Shown here: in pieces, positions 8,015 through 18,268 of the stretch
How the letters are laid out: the number at the start of each line of letters is the position of its first letter
Position numbering within the stretch: position 1 is the stretch's first letter
Assembly: GCA_963843975.1 (NCBI GenBank)
Contig: CAWJMG010000001.1
Location: 390,001 to 422,000 of the forward strand
Direction: 5' to 3'
DNA from: an uncultured Actinomycetes bacterium
Lineage (GTDB): Bacteria; Actinomycetota; Actinomycetes; S36-B12; CAIYMF01
DNA length: 32,000 nt
Program-made: the position numbers and the translations under genes
The notes under the pieces: model-generated
Database searches by the model: none
Told to the model about the DNA's origin: nothing
Seen by the model: the letters and a program-made list of their open reading frames with translations, nothing else

Positions 8015-10654
8015 TCAGCCGTGGTGCGAGTCGACGACGGGCAGCAGCACAGGTGCCGCGAGGGCGGCGGCGCGGCGCTCCGCGGGCACGACGCCGTACG
8101 TCGTCGTGCGCTGGCGGGCGGGGCGCCCGGCCGCCGTGGCCAGGGCCTCGAGCTCCTCCACCGACTTGCGCGAGCCGTGCTGGGAGCCGGCCATGCGGCT
8201 GATGGTCTCCTCCATCAGCGTGCCGCCGATGTCGTCGCAGCCGCTCCGCAGCATCGACACGACGCCGTCGGTGCCGAGCTTCACCCAGGAGCACTGGATG
8301 TGGTCGATGGCGCCGTGGAGCATCAGGCGCGCCATCGCGTGCACCGCGCGGTCGTCGCGCCGGGTCGAGCCCGGGCGGGCGACGCCGGCGAGGTAGACGG
8401 GCGCGTTGTGGTGGATGAACGGCAGCGCCACGAACTCGGTGAAGCCGCCGCTGCGCTCCTGCGTCTCGCGGAGCAGGGCGAGGTGGCCGACCCAGTGCGA
8501 CGGGTTGTCGACGTGCCCGTACATCATCGTCGACGTCGACGGGAGGCCCACCTCGTGCGCGGTGGTGACGACGTCGAGCCACGCCGCCGTCGGCAGCTTG
8601 CCCTTGGTCAGGACCCACCGGACGTCGTCGTCGAGGATCTCCGCAGCGGTGCCCGGGATCGAGTCGAGGCCAGCAGCCTTGGCCTCGATCAGCCACTCCC
8701 GCACGGACATCCCGGATCGGGTCGCGCCGTTGACGACCTCCATCGGCGAGAACGCGTGCAGGTGGATGCCGGGCGCGTGCTGCTTCACCGCGCGGGCGAG
8801 GTCGAAGTACGCGGTGCCCGGGAGGTCGGGGTGGATGCCGCCCTGCATGCAGATCTCGGTGGCGCCCACCGCCCACGCCTCGGCCACGCGCTGGCCCACC
8901 TCGTCGAGGGAGAGCGTGAACGCGTCGGCGTCGGTGCGGCGCTGCGCGAACGCGCAGAAGCGGCAGCCGGTGTAGCAGACGTTGGTGAAGTTGATGTTCC
9001 GTGTGACGACGTAGGTGACGTCGTCGCCGACGGCGTCGCGGCGTACGTCGTCGGCGATGCGAGCGAGGGCGTCGAGCGCCGGACCGTCGCAGGACATGAG
9101 CGCCACGGCCAGAGCGAGGTTGTCGGGGTGCGCGAGGGCCGCCGGGTCGTCGGCCGCCAGGGCGAGGCCGGCGCGGACGTCGGCATCGAGCCGCTCGACG
9201 GCGACGAGCTCGGCCTCCGCAGACCGCGCCGCGATGTCGCGGGCGTGCTCGTCGACCTGCGACCAGTCGCCGTACACCTCGTCGAAGTCGCTTCGCCGGT
9301 CACTGGTGCGGCCCTCGGTGTCGACGGTGTCGTTCAGGTCGGTTCGGCCGCCGGAGTGGGCGGCGGCGAAGGCCTCGTAGCCGTCGCCGTAGGCATCAGG
9401 CTGCTGCCACGGGATCCCCTGCGGCACACGGCCTTCCACGCCGAGGCCGTCGGAGTCGGCGAGAGCCTGGACGTGCGGGCGGATGCGAGGGTCGAGCCAC
9501 GGGTCGGGCCGGCGGACGTACTCCGGGTGCGCGGTGAGGCGCTCGCGCAGTGTGAAGCCGGCCTCGGCCGTGATGCGCTCGAGCTCCTCGACGTTGGGCC
9601 AGGGGCGCTCGGGGTTGACGTGGTCGGGCGTGAGCGGGCTGACGCCGCCCCAGTCGTCGACGCCGGCCCGCAGCAGCAGGTGCATCTCGTGCGCGTCGGT
9701 GAGGTTGGGCGGGGCCTGCACGCGCATGCGCGGCCCGAGGAGCAGGCGGGTGACGGCGATGGCGGCGAGGTACTCCGTCAGGCCGAGGTCGTCCCGGTGG
9801 CGAAGCGCGGTGTCGGGCTTGGCGCGGAAGTTCTGGACGATCACCTCCTGCACGTGGCCGTGCTCGCGGGCGATGCGGCGCAGGTCGAGCACCGACTGGG
9901 CGCGCTCGGCGTAGGTCTCGCCGATGCCGACGAGGATGCCGGTGGTGAACGGCACCGCCTGGCGGCCGGCGTCCTCGATCACGCGCAGCCGCAGGGCGGG
10001 CTCCTTGTCGGGGCTGCCGAAGTGCACTGCGCCCGGCTCGGACCACAGGCGGGTCGCCGACGTCTCGAGCATCATCCCCATCGACGGCGCGACGGGCTTG
10101 AGCCGGCCGATCTCCTCCCACGACATGACGCCGGGGTTGAGGTGCGGCAGCAGGCCCGTCTCCTCGAGCACCCGCACCGCCATCGCGCGGACGTAGGAGA
10201 GCGTGTCGTCGTACCCGTGCGCGTCGAGCCACTCGCGGGCAGCGGGCCACCGCTCCTCGGGACGGTCGCCGAGGGTGAACAGCGCCTCCTTGCAGCCGAG
10301 TGCGGCTCCGGCGCGGGCGATGTCGAGCACCTCGTCCGGGCTGAGGTACATGCCGTGGCCGTCTCGGCGCAGCGACGCGGGGTCGGTGGCGAAGGTGCAG
10401 TAGTGGCAGCGGTCGCGGCAGAGGCGCGTCAGCGGGATGAAGACCTTGCGGCTGTACGTGACGATGCCTGGGCGCCCGGCGCCCTCGAGCCCGCGGTCGC
10501 GGACGGCGCCGGCGAGGTCGAGCAGCTGGTCGAGGTGGTCACCCTGGGCCTGCATCAGCGCGGAGGCCTCAGCGACATCGAGGGCGACACCGCGCGCAGC
10601 CCGGCCCAGGGCGCGCTCGATCTCGCGCTCGGTCGCCGTGCGGTCCTGGTCCAC
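8015..10654 (-). CDS. fbiC: FO synthase, fused CofG/CofH (7,8-didemethyl-8-hydroxy-5-deazariboflavin synthase)
   Basis: Track ORF of 879 aa with two radical-SAM halves, each carrying CxxxCxxC ([11 protein letters not shown] and [11 protein letters not shown]). The length and architecture are typical of actinobacterial FbiC. Confidence 0.93.
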   Translation of the reverse strand: MDQDRTATEREIERALGRAARGVALDVAEASALMQAQGDHLDQLLDLAGAVRDRGLEGAGRPGIVTYSRKVFIPLTRLCRDRCHYCTFATDPASLRRDGHGMYLSPDEVLDIARAGAALGCKEALFTLGDRPEERWPAAREWLDAHGYDDTLSYVRAMAVRVLEETGLLPHLNPGVMSWEEIGRLKPVAPSMGMMLETSATRLWSEPGAVHFGSPDKEPALRLRVIEDAGRQAVPFTTGILVGIGETYAERAQSVLDLRRIAREHGHVQEVIVQNFRAKPDTALRHRDDLGLTEYLAAIAVTRLLLGPRMRVQAPPNLTDAHEMHLLLRAGVDDWGGVSPLTPDHVNPERPWPNVEELERITAEAGFTLRERLTAHPEYVRRPDPWLDPRIRPHVQALADSDGLGVEGRVPQGIPWQQPDAYGDGYEAFAAAHSGGRTDLNDTVDTEGRTSDRRSDFDEVYGDWSQVDEHARDIAARSAEAELVAVERLDADVRAGLALAADDPAALAHPDNLALAVALMSCDGPALDALARIADDVRRDAVGDDVTYVVTRNINFTNVCYTGCRFCAFAQRRTDADAFTLSLDEVGQRVAEAWAVGATEICMQGGIHPDLPGTAYFDLARAVKQHAPGIHLHAFSPMEVVNGATRSGMSVREWLIEAKAAGLDSIPGTAAEILDDDVRWVLTKGKLPTAAWLDVVTTAHEVGLPSTSTMMYGHVDNPSHWVGHLALLRETQERSGGFTEFVALPFIHHNAPVYLAGVARPGSTRRDDRAVHAMARLMLHGAIDHIQCSWVKLGTDGVVSMLRSGCDDIGGTLMEETISRMAGSQHGSRKSVEELEALATAAGRPARQRTTTYGVVPAERRAAALAAPVLLPVVDSHHG

Positions 10655-10660
10655 GTCGAG

Positions 10661-10666
10661 ACTCTA
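10661..10666 (-). promoter_or_regulatory. -10-like TAGAGT 6 nt upstream of the fbiC GTG (leaderless arrangement)
   Basis: The minus strand reads ...gacgTAGAGTctcgacGTG. Confidence 0.4.
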
Positions 10667-10727
10667 CGTCGGGCCGGTCACGGCCACCCGGGGGGTCGAG
10701 GGGTGCGGCGGGTGCGAGGATCGGCCC

Positions 10728-11741
10728 GTGCGCATCACGCTTCTCGCCGGTGGCATCGGCGGTGCCCGCTTCACCCGCGGCCTGCTCCACCACATCGCGA
10801 CGTCCGGGCTCGACGCCGACGTCACCCTCGTCGTGAACACCGGCGACGACATCCGGATGTTCGGCCTGCAGCTGTGCCCGGACCTCGACTCGATCATGTA
10901 CACCCTCGGCGGCGGCATCAGCGAGGAGCGCGGCTGGGGCCGCGAGGACGAGTCGTTCACCGTGATGGGCGAGCTCGCGAAGTACGGCGTCGAGCCCACC
11001 TGGTTCGGCCTCGGCGACCGCGACCTCGCCACCCACATCGTGCGCACGCAGGTGCTCTCCGCCGGCTACCCGCTCTCGGCCGTCACCGAGGCGCTCTGCG
11101 CGCGCTGGCAGCCGGGGGTTCGGCTGCTGCCGATGTCGGACGACCGGCTCGAGACGCACGTGGTGGTCGAGGGCGACGAGCCCGGCACGCGCCGTGCACT
11201 GCACTTCCAGGAGTGGTGGGTGCGGCACCGCGCGTCGCTGCCGGCGCTCGCGTTCCCGCTCGTCGGGATCGAGACGGCGAAGCCTGCACCTGGTGTGCTG
11301 GAAGCGATCTCGGGTGCCGATGTCGTGCTGCTGCCGCCGTCCAATCCGGTCGTGTCGATCGGCACGATCCTGCAGGTGCCGGGCGTGCGCGACGCCCTGC
11401 GCGAGACCTCGGCGCCCGTGGTCGGCGTCTCCCCCATCGTGGGTGGCGCGCCCGTGCGCGGCATGGCCGACGCCTGCCTCACCTCGATCGGCGTCGACAC
11501 CACGGCCGAGGCGGTGGCCCGCCACTACGGCGCCCGCGTGGCCGCCCTCCCGGCCGGCGCCGACGGCGGCGGCATCCTCGACGGCTGGCTCGTCGACGAC
11601 GCGACCGACTCCGACGTGCCGGGCCGGATCTCGGCGACCGGCATCACCGCCCGCGCGGTGCCGCTGATGATGACCGACGTCGACGCGACCGCCGCCATCT
11701 GCGCCGCCGCCCTCGCGCTCGCCGAGGACCTGCGGCGGTGA
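10728..11741 (+). CDS. fbiA: 2-phospho-L-lactate transferase (CofD/FbiA)
   Basis: Start moved to in-frame GTG 10728 (GCGAGGA upstream) within the 434-aa track ORF. The product reads [19 protein letters not shown]...[27 protein letters not shown]. Confidence 0.9.
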   Translation: MRITLLAGGIGGARFTRGLLHHIATSGLDADVTLVVNTGDDIRMFGLQLCPDLDSIMYTLGGGISEERGWGREDESFTVMGELAKYGVEPTWFGLGDRDLATHIVRTQVLSAGYPLSAVTEALCARWQPGVRLLPMSDDRLETHVVVEGDEPGTRRALHFQEWWVRHRASLPALAFPLVGIETAKPAPGVLEAISGADVVLLPPSNPVVSIGTILQVPGVRDALRETSAPVVGVSPIVGGAPVRGMADACLTSIGVDTTAEAVARHYGARVAALPAGADGGGILDGWLVDDATDSDVPGRISATGITARAVPLMMTDVDATAAICAAALALAEDLRR

Positions 11742-13093
11742 GCGCGCCGCTCGTCGTCGTCGCGGTCGAGGGGCTGCCCGAGATCGAGCCGCGGGCGGAC
11801 CTCGCCTCGCTCGCGTCGCCGCTGCTCGCGTCGGTGGCCTGGCCGGACGGCTCCACGGGCCTGACCGACGGCGACGTGCTCGTCGTGACGAGCAAGGTCG
11901 TGAGCAAGTCCGAGGGCCGGGTGGTGGCCGCGGACGACCGCGAGGACGCCATCACCGCCGAGGCCGTGCGAGTCGTGGCGACACGTCGGACACCGCGAGG
12001 GCTCACCCGCATCGTCGAGACGTCGCACGGGCTGGTGATGGCCGCGGCGGGCGTCGACGCCTCGAACACCCCCGCAGGCACCGTCGTCCTGCTGCCGGTC
12101 GACCCGGACGCGTCGGCACGCGGGCTGCGCGACGCCTGGCAGCGCGACCACGGGGTGACCGTGGCCGTCGTCGTTACCGACACCCTGGGGCGCCCGTGGC
12201 GCGAGGGCCTCACCGACGCCGCGATCGGCGCCGCCGGTCTGGCCGTGCTCGAGGACTTCCGCGGCCAGGTCGACGGCCACGGCCACGCCCTCGAGATGAC
12301 CGTGACGTCCATCGCGGACGAGGTGGCCGCGGCGGCGGACCTGGTGAAGGGCAAGCTCTCCGGCTCGCCGGTAGCCGTGGTGCGCGGGCTGTCGGCGTAC
12401 GTCGTGCCGGGTGACGGGCCGGGTGCGCAGGCGCTGGTGCGACGCGCCGCCGACGACATGTTCCGGCTCGGCACGGCCGAGGCCATCGAGGAGGGGCGCC
12501 GCACCGCGGCAGCCGCTCGGCGCACCGTGCGGCGGTTCACCGGCGAGCCGGTGGACGCGGCCTCGATCGAGCGCGCGGTGGCCGCGGCCGTCACGGCCCC
12601 GAGCCCGCACCACACGACGCCGTGGCGGTACGTCGTCCTGCGCGACGGCGCGCTGCGCGCGCGGCTGCTCGACGCCATGTCCGAGCGGTGGGAGAGCGAC
12701 CTGCGCGCCCTCGACGCGTACGACGACGGCTCGGTGGCCAAGCGCCTGCGCCGGGGCGACGTGCTGCGAGCAGCGCCCGTCGTCGTGCTGCCGTTCAGCG
12801 AGCTCGAGGGCGCGGTGCACACCTACCCCGACGAGCGCCGCAACGGCTTCGAGCGCGACCTGTTCCTGGCGGCCGGGGGCGCCGCCGTGCAGAACCTGCT
12901 CGTCGCCCTCGCGGCCGAGGGGCTCGGCTCGGCCTGGATCAGCTCGACGATGTTCTGCCCGGAGGTCGTGCACGAGGTGCTCGGCCTGCCGACGTCGTGG
13001 CAGCCGCTCGGCGGTGTGGCCGTAGGCCATCCGGCCGACGAGCCGTCAGCGCGGGACGACCGCGACCTGTCCGCCCACCTGTTCGTGCGCTGA
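11738..13093 (+). CDS. fbiB: bifunctional F420 gamma-glutamyl ligase / dehydro-F420-0 reductase (CofE + nitroreductase-like domain)
   Basis: GTG 11738 overlaps the fbiA stop (GTGA). This gene is the last 451 aa of the 1913-aa track ORF. It has an N-terminal CofE-like part ([15 protein letters not shown]) and a C-terminal nitroreductase-like part ([14 protein letters not shown]). Confidence 0.9.
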   Translation: MSAPLVVVAVEGLPEIEPRADLASLASPLLASVAWPDGSTGLTDGDVLVVTSKVVSKSEGRVVAADDREDAITAEAVRVVATRRTPRGLTRIVETSHGLVMAAAGVDASNTPAGTVVLLPVDPDASARGLRDAWQRDHGVTVAVVVTDTLGRPWREGLTDAAIGAAGLAVLEDFRGQVDGHGHALEMTVTSIADEVAAAADLVKGKLSGSPVAVVRGLSAYVVPGDGPGAQALVRRAADDMFRLGTAEAIEEGRRTAAAARRTVRRFTGEPVDAASIERAVAAAVTAPSPHHTTPWRYVVLRDGALRARLLDAMSERWESDLRALDAYDDGSVAKRLRRGDVLRAAPVVVLPFSELEGAVHTYPDERRNGFERDLFLAAGGAAVQNLLVALAAEGLGSAWISSTMFCPEVVHEVLGLPTSWQPLGGVAVGHPADEPSARDDRDLSAHLFVR

Positions 13094-13096
13094 GCC

Positions 13097-13738
13097 CTAG
13101 GCGTCCTCAGGCGCGAACCGCGGCAGGGTCCACTGCCACCGGATCGCCGCGAGGCGGACGACGAGAACCACGGCAACCGCCGTCCAGCGGGTGACCGCCT
13201 CGGCCGCACCCACGCCGTCGAGCACCACGACCACCGCGGCTCCCAGCAGTGCGGCGAGCGCGTAGATCTGGCCGACGAGGATCAGCGGGCGCTCGCGGGC
13301 CAGGACGTCGCGCACGACGCCGCCGCCCGCACCCGTCACGACTCCCAGCACCACCGCGATCGCGCCCGAGACGCCGGCCGCCAGCGCGACGAACGTGCCG
13401 GTGACGGTGAAGGCGGCCAGACCGGCGGCGTCGGCGACGAGCACGGCCCCGCGCGAGTCGAGGGCGAGGTGCGGCACGCGGTGTCCGAGCGCGATGACGA
13501 GGACGGCCGAGGCCACCGCCACGGCGATCGGCCACGGATCGACCACCCAGCTCACCGGCAGGCTGCCGATGAGGAGGTCGCGCAGGGTGCCGCCGCCGAC
13601 CGCGGTGACGACGGCGAGGACGACGACGCCCAGCCAGTCCATGCCCGCCCGCACGGCGACGGCTCCGCCGGACACGGCGAACGCGACCGTGCCGAGCGCC
13701 TCCAGCAGGAGGAAGGGATCGTTCGCGGTGTCGGGCAC
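13097..13738 (-). CDS. TRIC/UPF0126-family membrane protein (YadS/YicG-like)
   Basis: Track ORF of 213 aa with about 7 hydrophobic segments. The Gly-rich motif is duplicated (TAVGGGTLRDLL and VTGAGGGVVRDVL). GTG start. Confidence 0.8.
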   Translation of the reverse strand: MPDTANDPFLLLEALGTVAFAVSGGAVAVRAGMDWLGVVVLAVVTAVGGGTLRDLLIGSLPVSWVVDPWPIAVAVASAVLVIALGHRVPHLALDSRGAVLVADAAGLAAFTVTGTFVALAAGVSGAIAVVLGVVTGAGGGVVRDVLARERPLILVGQIYALAALLGAAVVVVLDGVGAAEAVTRWTAVAVVLVVRLAAIRWQWTLPRFAPEDA

Positions 13739-13775
13739 GGCTCGATCATGCCGAACGCGACCGCCCGAGGGTGCG

Positions 13776-14420
13776 TCAGAACAGCGCTGCGCCCAGGGCG
13801 AGCGCGGGGCCGGTGGCGGCGCGGACGTCGTCGACGCTCACACCGGGTGAGGTCTCGACGAGCACGAGGCCGTCGGGGGTCACGTCGATCACGGCCAGGT
13901 CGGTGATGATCCGGTCGACGACGCCCTTGCCCGTGAGCGGCAGGGTGCACTCGTCAACGATCTTGTGGGTGCCGTCCTTGGCGACGTGCTCCATCATCAC
14001 GATGACCTGCTTGGCGCCGTGGACGAGGTCCATCGCCCCGCCCATCCCCTTGACCATCTTCCCGGGGATCATCCAGTTCGCGATGTCGCCGGCCGTCGAC
14101 ACCTGCATCGCGCCCAGGATCGCGGCGTCGATGTGCCCGCCCCGGATCATCCCGAAGCTGGTGGCCGAGTCGAAGAAGCTCGCGCCGGGCAGCACCGTGA
14201 CGGTCTCCTTCCCGGCGTTGATCAGGTCGGCGTCGACCTGGTCGTCGGTCGGGTACGGCCCGGTGCCCAGGATGCCGTTCTCGGACTGCAGCACCACGGT
14301 CACGCCCTCGGGCAGGTGCTGGGGGACGAGGGTCGGAAGGCCGATGCCGAGGTTCACGTACTGGCCGTCGCGCAGCTCGAGGGCCACGCGGGCGGCGAGC
14401 TCGTCACGGGTGAGCGCCAT
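13776..14420 (-). CDS. scoB: 3-oxoacid CoA-transferase subunit B (ScoB/PcaJ-like)
   Basis: Track ORF of 214 aa: [32 protein letters not shown]...LQSENGILG (SENG catalytic-Glu motif). AAGGAGG lies upstream of the ATG. Confidence 0.9.
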   Translation of the reverse strand: MALTRDELAARVALELRDGQYVNLGIGLPTLVPQHLPEGVTVVLQSENGILGTGPYPTDDQVDADLINAGKETVTVLPGASFFDSATSFGMIRGGHIDAAILGAMQVSTAGDIANWMIPGKMVKGMGGAMDLVHGAKQVIVMMEHVAKDGTHKIVDECTLPLTGKGVVDRIITDLAVIDVTPDGLVLVETSPGVSVDDVRAATGPALALGAALF

Positions 14421-14423
14421 GGC

Positions 14424-15206
14424 TCAGGCCTCCTTCGTGGTGGCAGGTCCGGTGATCGTGCGGCGCTCGATGCGCTTGTCGGTGGCCTGCTCCGGCGTCA
14501 GCGCGACGACGCGCTGCACGAACACCCCTGGGAGGTGGACCTGCTGCGGGTCGATCTCGCCCGGCTCGACGAGGCGCTCGACCTCCGCGATCGTGATCCG
14601 CCCGGCCGTCGCGGCCAGCGGGTTGAAGTTGCGGGTCGCCTTGTCGAAAACGAGGTTCCCGTGCCGGTCGCCCACGCTCGCGCGCACGAGCGCGAAGTCC
14701 GTGACGATGCCGCGCTCGAGGACGTACTCGCGGCCGTCGAACTCGCGAGTCTCCTTCGCCGGGCTCGGCAGGGCGATCGAGCCGTCGGCGGCGTAGCGCC
14801 ACGGCATCCCGCCCTCGGCGACCTGCGTGCCCACACCCGCGGGGGTGTAGAACGCCGGGATCCCGGCACCGCCGGCGCGCAGCCGCTCGGCGAGCGTGCC
14901 CTGCGGGATCAGCTCCACCTCGAGCTCGCCGTGCAGGTACTGCCGCTCGAACTCCTTGTTCTCACCGACGTACGAGCTCGTCATCCGGGCGATGCGCTTG
15001 GCGAACAGCAGGACCCCCAGGCCCCACTCGTCGACGCCGCAGTTGTTCGACACGACCGAGAGGCCGTCGACGCCGGTCTCGAGCAGCGCCTGGATGAGCA
15101 CCGTGGGGATGCCGTTGAGACCGAACCCGCCGACCGCGAGCGAGGCACCGCTCGGGATGTCCGCGACAGCGTCGGCAGCCGAGCCGACGACCTTGTCGAG
15201 CGCCAT
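14424..15206 (-). CDS. scoA: 3-oxoacid CoA-transferase subunit A (ScoA/PcaI-like)
   Basis: Track ORF of 260 aa: ...SGASLAVGGFGLNGIPTVLIQAL...VVSNNCGVDEWGLGVLL. It lies 3 nt upstream of scoB. Confidence 0.9.
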   Translation of the reverse strand: MALDKVVGSAADAVADIPSGASLAVGGFGLNGIPTVLIQALLETGVDGLSVVSNNCGVDEWGLGVLLFAKRIARMTSSYVGENKEFERQYLHGELEVELIPQGTLAERLRAGGAGIPAFYTPAGVGTQVAEGGMPWRYAADGSIALPSPAKETREFDGREYVLERGIVTDFALVRASVGDRHGNLVFDKATRNFNPLAATAGRITIAEVERLVEPGEIDPQQVHLPGVFVQRVVALTPEQATDKRIERRTITGPATTKEA

Positions 15207-15294
15207 GACGCACCTCTTCTGCCGACCTCGTCGCCGGCTCCGCTCGCGACGCTATACCGGTGCGTCCCGCGAGTCCCGCAGGTGCTGGCGGTGG

Positions 15295-15798
15295 TCAGAA
15301 GTCGCCCGCGTCGCGCCGCATCTGGCGCAGCACCTTCACCAGTGTCGTCACGCCTGACGGCGACAGCCCGGGGTTGACGAACACCGAGCCGTTGAGCGCG
15401 TCGGTCGCCTTCGCCGCCACCTCGCGGCCGTCGGGCGTGAGGGCCACGAGCACGGCACGGCGGTCGGTGGGGTGGGGCTGCCGCTCGACCAGGCCGGCGG
15501 ACTCGAGCCGGTCGACCGCGTTGGTCACCGACGTCGGGTGCACCTGGAGGCGCGAGCCGATCACGCCCATCGGGAGGGTGCCGCGCCGGGAGAGGCGCAG
15601 CAGCATGAGCACCTCGTACCGCGCGAACGACAGGCCGAAGGGCTTGAGGACCGACTCGACGCGGCCGAGCGCGATCTGGTGCGCACGCATCAGCGAGGTG
15701 ATCGCGGCCATGCCGTCGGCGGCGTTCTCCCAGCCCTGCTCGACCCAGAGGCGGTGGGCCTCAGCGATCGGGTCGGGATCGTGGGCGTCGGTCGGCAT
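15295..15798 (-). CDS. MarR-family transcriptional regulator
   Basis: Track ORF of 167 aa with a winged-HTH core: LSFARYEVLMLLRLSRRGTLPMGVIGSRLQVHPTSVTNAVDRLESAGLVERQPHPTDRRAVLVALTPDG. Confidence 0.85.
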   Translation of the reverse strand: MPTDAHDPDPIAEAHRLWVEQGWENAADGMAAITSLMRAHQIALGRVESVLKPFGLSFARYEVLMLLRLSRRGTLPMGVIGSRLQVHPTSVTNAVDRLESAGLVERQPHPTDRRAVLVALTPDGREVAAKATDALNGSVFVNPGLSPSGVTTLVKVLRQMRRDAGDF

Positions 15799-15804
15799 GC
15801 ACGC

Positions 15805-15839
15805 ACGCTATCGGGCCGCCGGTCCGCGACCAGTAGCGT
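15805..15839. promoter_or_regulatory. back-to-back -10 hexamers (TAGCGT on each strand) in the 47-bp divergent region
   Basis: ACGCTA (15805-15810, which is TAGCGT on the minus strand) lies 6 nt before the MarR ATG at 15798. TAGCGT (15834-15839) lies 6 nt before the GTG at 15846. Both arrangements fit leaderless starts. Confidence 0.4.
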
Positions 15840-15845
15840 CGGGGG

Positions 15846-16629
15846 GTGAGGACCTTCAGCGACGACCTCGGGCACGAGGTCGTCCTGCCCGAGCGCATCA
15901 CGCGCGTCGTGTCGCTCGTGCCGTCCATCACCGAGTCGCTCGCGTCCGTCGACCGCGATGCCGTCGTCGGCGCCACCGACTGGTGCACCCATCCGGCCGA
16001 CCTCGACGTGGTCCGCGTGCGCGGCACGAAGAACCCCGACCTCGCCGCGATCCGGGCGCTGGCGCCCGACGTCGTCGTCGCCAACCAGGAGGAGAACCGC
16101 GAGCCTCGACGTACGCCGCCTCCGCGACAACGGCGTGCCCGTGTGGGTCACGCGGACCGAGTCGGTGCCCGAGTCGCTCGGCTCGCTGCACCGGCTCATC
16201 GGCGCCGCGCTCGGCTGGGAGGTGCCGGCCTGGTTGGGCGAGGCCGAGGCGCTGTGGTCGCGGCAGGGCGTGCTGCGCGGACGAGTCGGCGTCGCGATCT
16301 GGCGCGACCCGTGGATGGCGGTCGGTCGCGACACGTTCACCGGCGACCTCGTCGCGCGGCTCGGCCTCACGCACGTGCTCGCCGACCACGCAGGCCGCTA
16401 CCCGGCGCTCGACGTCGCTCTGCTCGACGACCCATCCGCGTTCGACCTCGTGCTGCTGCCCGACGAGCCGTACGTCTTCACGACGTCCGACGGGCCGGAA
16501 GCGTTCACCCGCGTGCCGACGCTGCTCGTGAGCGGCCGCGACCTCACCTGGTACGGCCCGTCGCTGGTCCCGGCGTACGAGCGACTCACGACGACGATCG
16601 CCACCGCTCTCAGCCACCCGAAGCGGTAG
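15846..16629 (+). pseudogene. frameshifted TroA/BtuF-like binding protein ('helical backbone metal receptor'/cobalamin-binding type, no signal peptide)
   Basis: The N-terminal part is in the 15846 frame (MRTFSDDLGHEVVLPERITRVVSLVPSITESLA...VVVANQEENRE). The sequence continues only in the 15958 frame (LDVRRLRDNGVPVWVTRTESVPESL...GRDLTWYGPSLVPAYERL). The frames join if one C of the CC at 16104-16105 is removed. After the shift the 15846 frame reads Arg/Pro-rich nonsense. Confidence 0.7.
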
Positions 16630-16670
16630 TCGAAACGCGCTGTATATCGTCCGTCCCGACTACCGCTTCG
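16619..16670. repeat. perfect 14-bp inverted repeat with a 24-nt spacer
   Basis: CGAAGCGGTAGTCG (16619-16632) and CGACTACCGCTTCG (16657-16670). The left arm contains the pseudogene stop codon. The spacer holds the AT-rich core TGTATAT. Confidence 0.9.
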
Positions 16671-16707
16671 CGCCTCACGCGAGATCGCTGCATGAACGTG
16701 ATCCCTT

Positions 16708-18171
16708 GTGGATAGCGGGATCTCGGGCGCCTGCACTGTCGGAGGTGCCTGGCACGATGAGGTCATGCGCATCAACCAGGCGACCGCGGCGGGCGAGGTG
16801 GTCGACACCTCGACCGAGCTCGCCTCGCTCGTCGCCCGGCTCGCGCACCTGACCCAGTCGGGCGGCCTCGACGCCGTCCCGCTCGCCGACGTGCCTGCGC
16901 TCGTGGCCGGACTCGCCCGCGCGCACGACCAGCTCGAGGCCGTGGTCACCACCGGCGTCGCCCGCGTGCACGCGTCGGGTGCGCTGCCCGTCGCCACCAC
17001 CGCCTGGCTGCGCGAGTCCGCATCCATGACGGGCAAGGCGGCCGCCGGTGTCCTCGCCCGCGGCTGCATCCTGGCGGGCGAGTTTTCCGCCACCGGAGCC
17101 GCCTGGGCCTCCGGCGGGATCTCACGCGCGCATGTCGCGATCATCACCAGCAGCATCGACAAGGTCGCTCGCGGCCTCGCCCACGACGACCAGGCGCCGT
17201 TCCGCACCGCCGCCGAGCAGGCCCTGCTGCACTACGCGCTCGATGGCGCCACGCCGGCCGCGCTCGCCATCAAGGCCAAGCGCGTGCGCGGCTGGGTCGA
17301 CGAGTGGGGCCTGGCCAAGGACGCCGACGAGACCGAGCGCGCGCAGTTCCTGCGCTTCGACGACGACGGCGACGGCGTGAAGGTCAGCGGCTACCTCACA
17401 CCCGAGAACCACGCCCTCATCGCCACCGCCCTGCAGCAGGCGATCGACCAGCGCCACCGCGACGGCACCCTCCCCGAGGAGGACCGCGCCGAGGGTGACG
17501 ACCCCGCCGCAGTACGCCAGCGCCGACGTCGCCAGCCCTACCTCAACGTCATCGCCCTGCGGGACGTCTGCGGAGCCCTGCTCGAGAACGGCGACCTCGG
17601 CGCGCGCCACGGCGTCATCCCTCGCGCCACCGTCGACATCGACCTTCACGACCTGCACTCGGCGTTCGGCGGCATCCTGCGCACCCCCGGAAGCCCGGAC
17701 GGCACCCACCTCGGGCACCACAGCGTGCGCCGACTGCTCTGCGACGCCGAGATCAACGCCGCGATCGTCACCGGTGCCCGACCCCGCTGCACCTGCGGCT
17801 GCCCGCACTGCGCGTGCGACGACACCGGCCCCAGCCTCGACGACCTCCTGCGCGACTCGGCCAATGAGGTTCTCTACGTCGGTCGCGCCCACCGCGTCGT
17901 CACCCCGCGCCAGCGCCGTGCGCTGGAGACCCGCGAGCGCGGCCGCTGCTCACGCCCCGGCTGCGGCGTGCCGGCCGCCCGCTGCCGCGCACACCACGTC
18001 GTCCACTGGGAGGACGGCGGCCTCACCGACCTCGACAACTGCCTGCTCGTGTGCGACCGCCACCACCACGACCTCCACGAAGGCGGCTGGACCCTCACGG
18101 TCACCCCGGGCAAGCGACCCACCGAGCACGGCTACTTCACCTGGATCCCGCCGTCCTCACGCCAGCCCTGA
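16708..18171 (+). CDS. HNH endonuclease with N-terminal DUF222 domain (REP13E12-like family)
   Basis: Track ORF of 487 aa. The C-terminus reads RCRAHHVVHWEDGGLTDLDNCLLVCDRHHHDLHEGGW (HNH motif), after a long Ala/Leu-rich DUF222-like N-terminal region. The start may instead be ATG 16765 (MRINQATAAG). Confidence 0.85.
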   Translation: MDSGISGACTVGGAWHDEVMRINQATAAGEVVDTSTELASLVARLAHLTQSGGLDAVPLADVPALVAGLARAHDQLEAVVTTGVARVHASGALPVATTAWLRESASMTGKAAAGVLARGCILAGEFSATGAAWASGGISRAHVAIITSSIDKVARGLAHDDQAPFRTAAEQALLHYALDGATPAALAIKAKRVRGWVDEWGLAKDADETERAQFLRFDDDGDGVKVSGYLTPENHALIATALQQAIDQRHRDGTLPEEDRAEGDDPAAVRQRRRRQPYLNVIALRDVCGALLENGDLGARHGVIPRATVDIDLHDLHSAFGGILRTPGSPDGTHLGHHSVRRLLCDAEINAAIVTGARPRCTCGCPHCACDDTGPSLDDLLRDSANEVLYVGRAHRVVTPRQRRALETRERGRCSRPGCGVPAARCRAHHVVHWEDGGLTDLDNCLLVCDRHHHDLHEGGWTLTVTPGKRPTEHGYFTWIPPSSRQP

Positions 18172-18268
18172 CCTCGCACGACGGCAGGGCGCACGACCCT
18201 TCACCCCGCGAACCGAGCCAGCGCCCCCCAGGGTTCTCGCGAGCGATCGATCTGGGCCCATCGGCTCG

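Noticed and set aside
7352-11737. First ~1460 codons of the 1913-aa plus-strand ORF spanning whiB, fbiC and fbiA
   Set aside because: Only the last 451 codons (fbiB, from GTG 11738) look like protein. The rest is antisense to or out of frame with whiB, fbiC and fbiA and is low-complexity.
18207-18241. Imperfect inverted repeat CGCGAACC…GGTTCTCGCG between the convergent HNH gene and the Cys-rich ORF, considered as a bidirectional terminator
   Set aside because: The stem needs a 2-nt bulge, the loop is 17 nt and there is no U tract. This is too weak to call.
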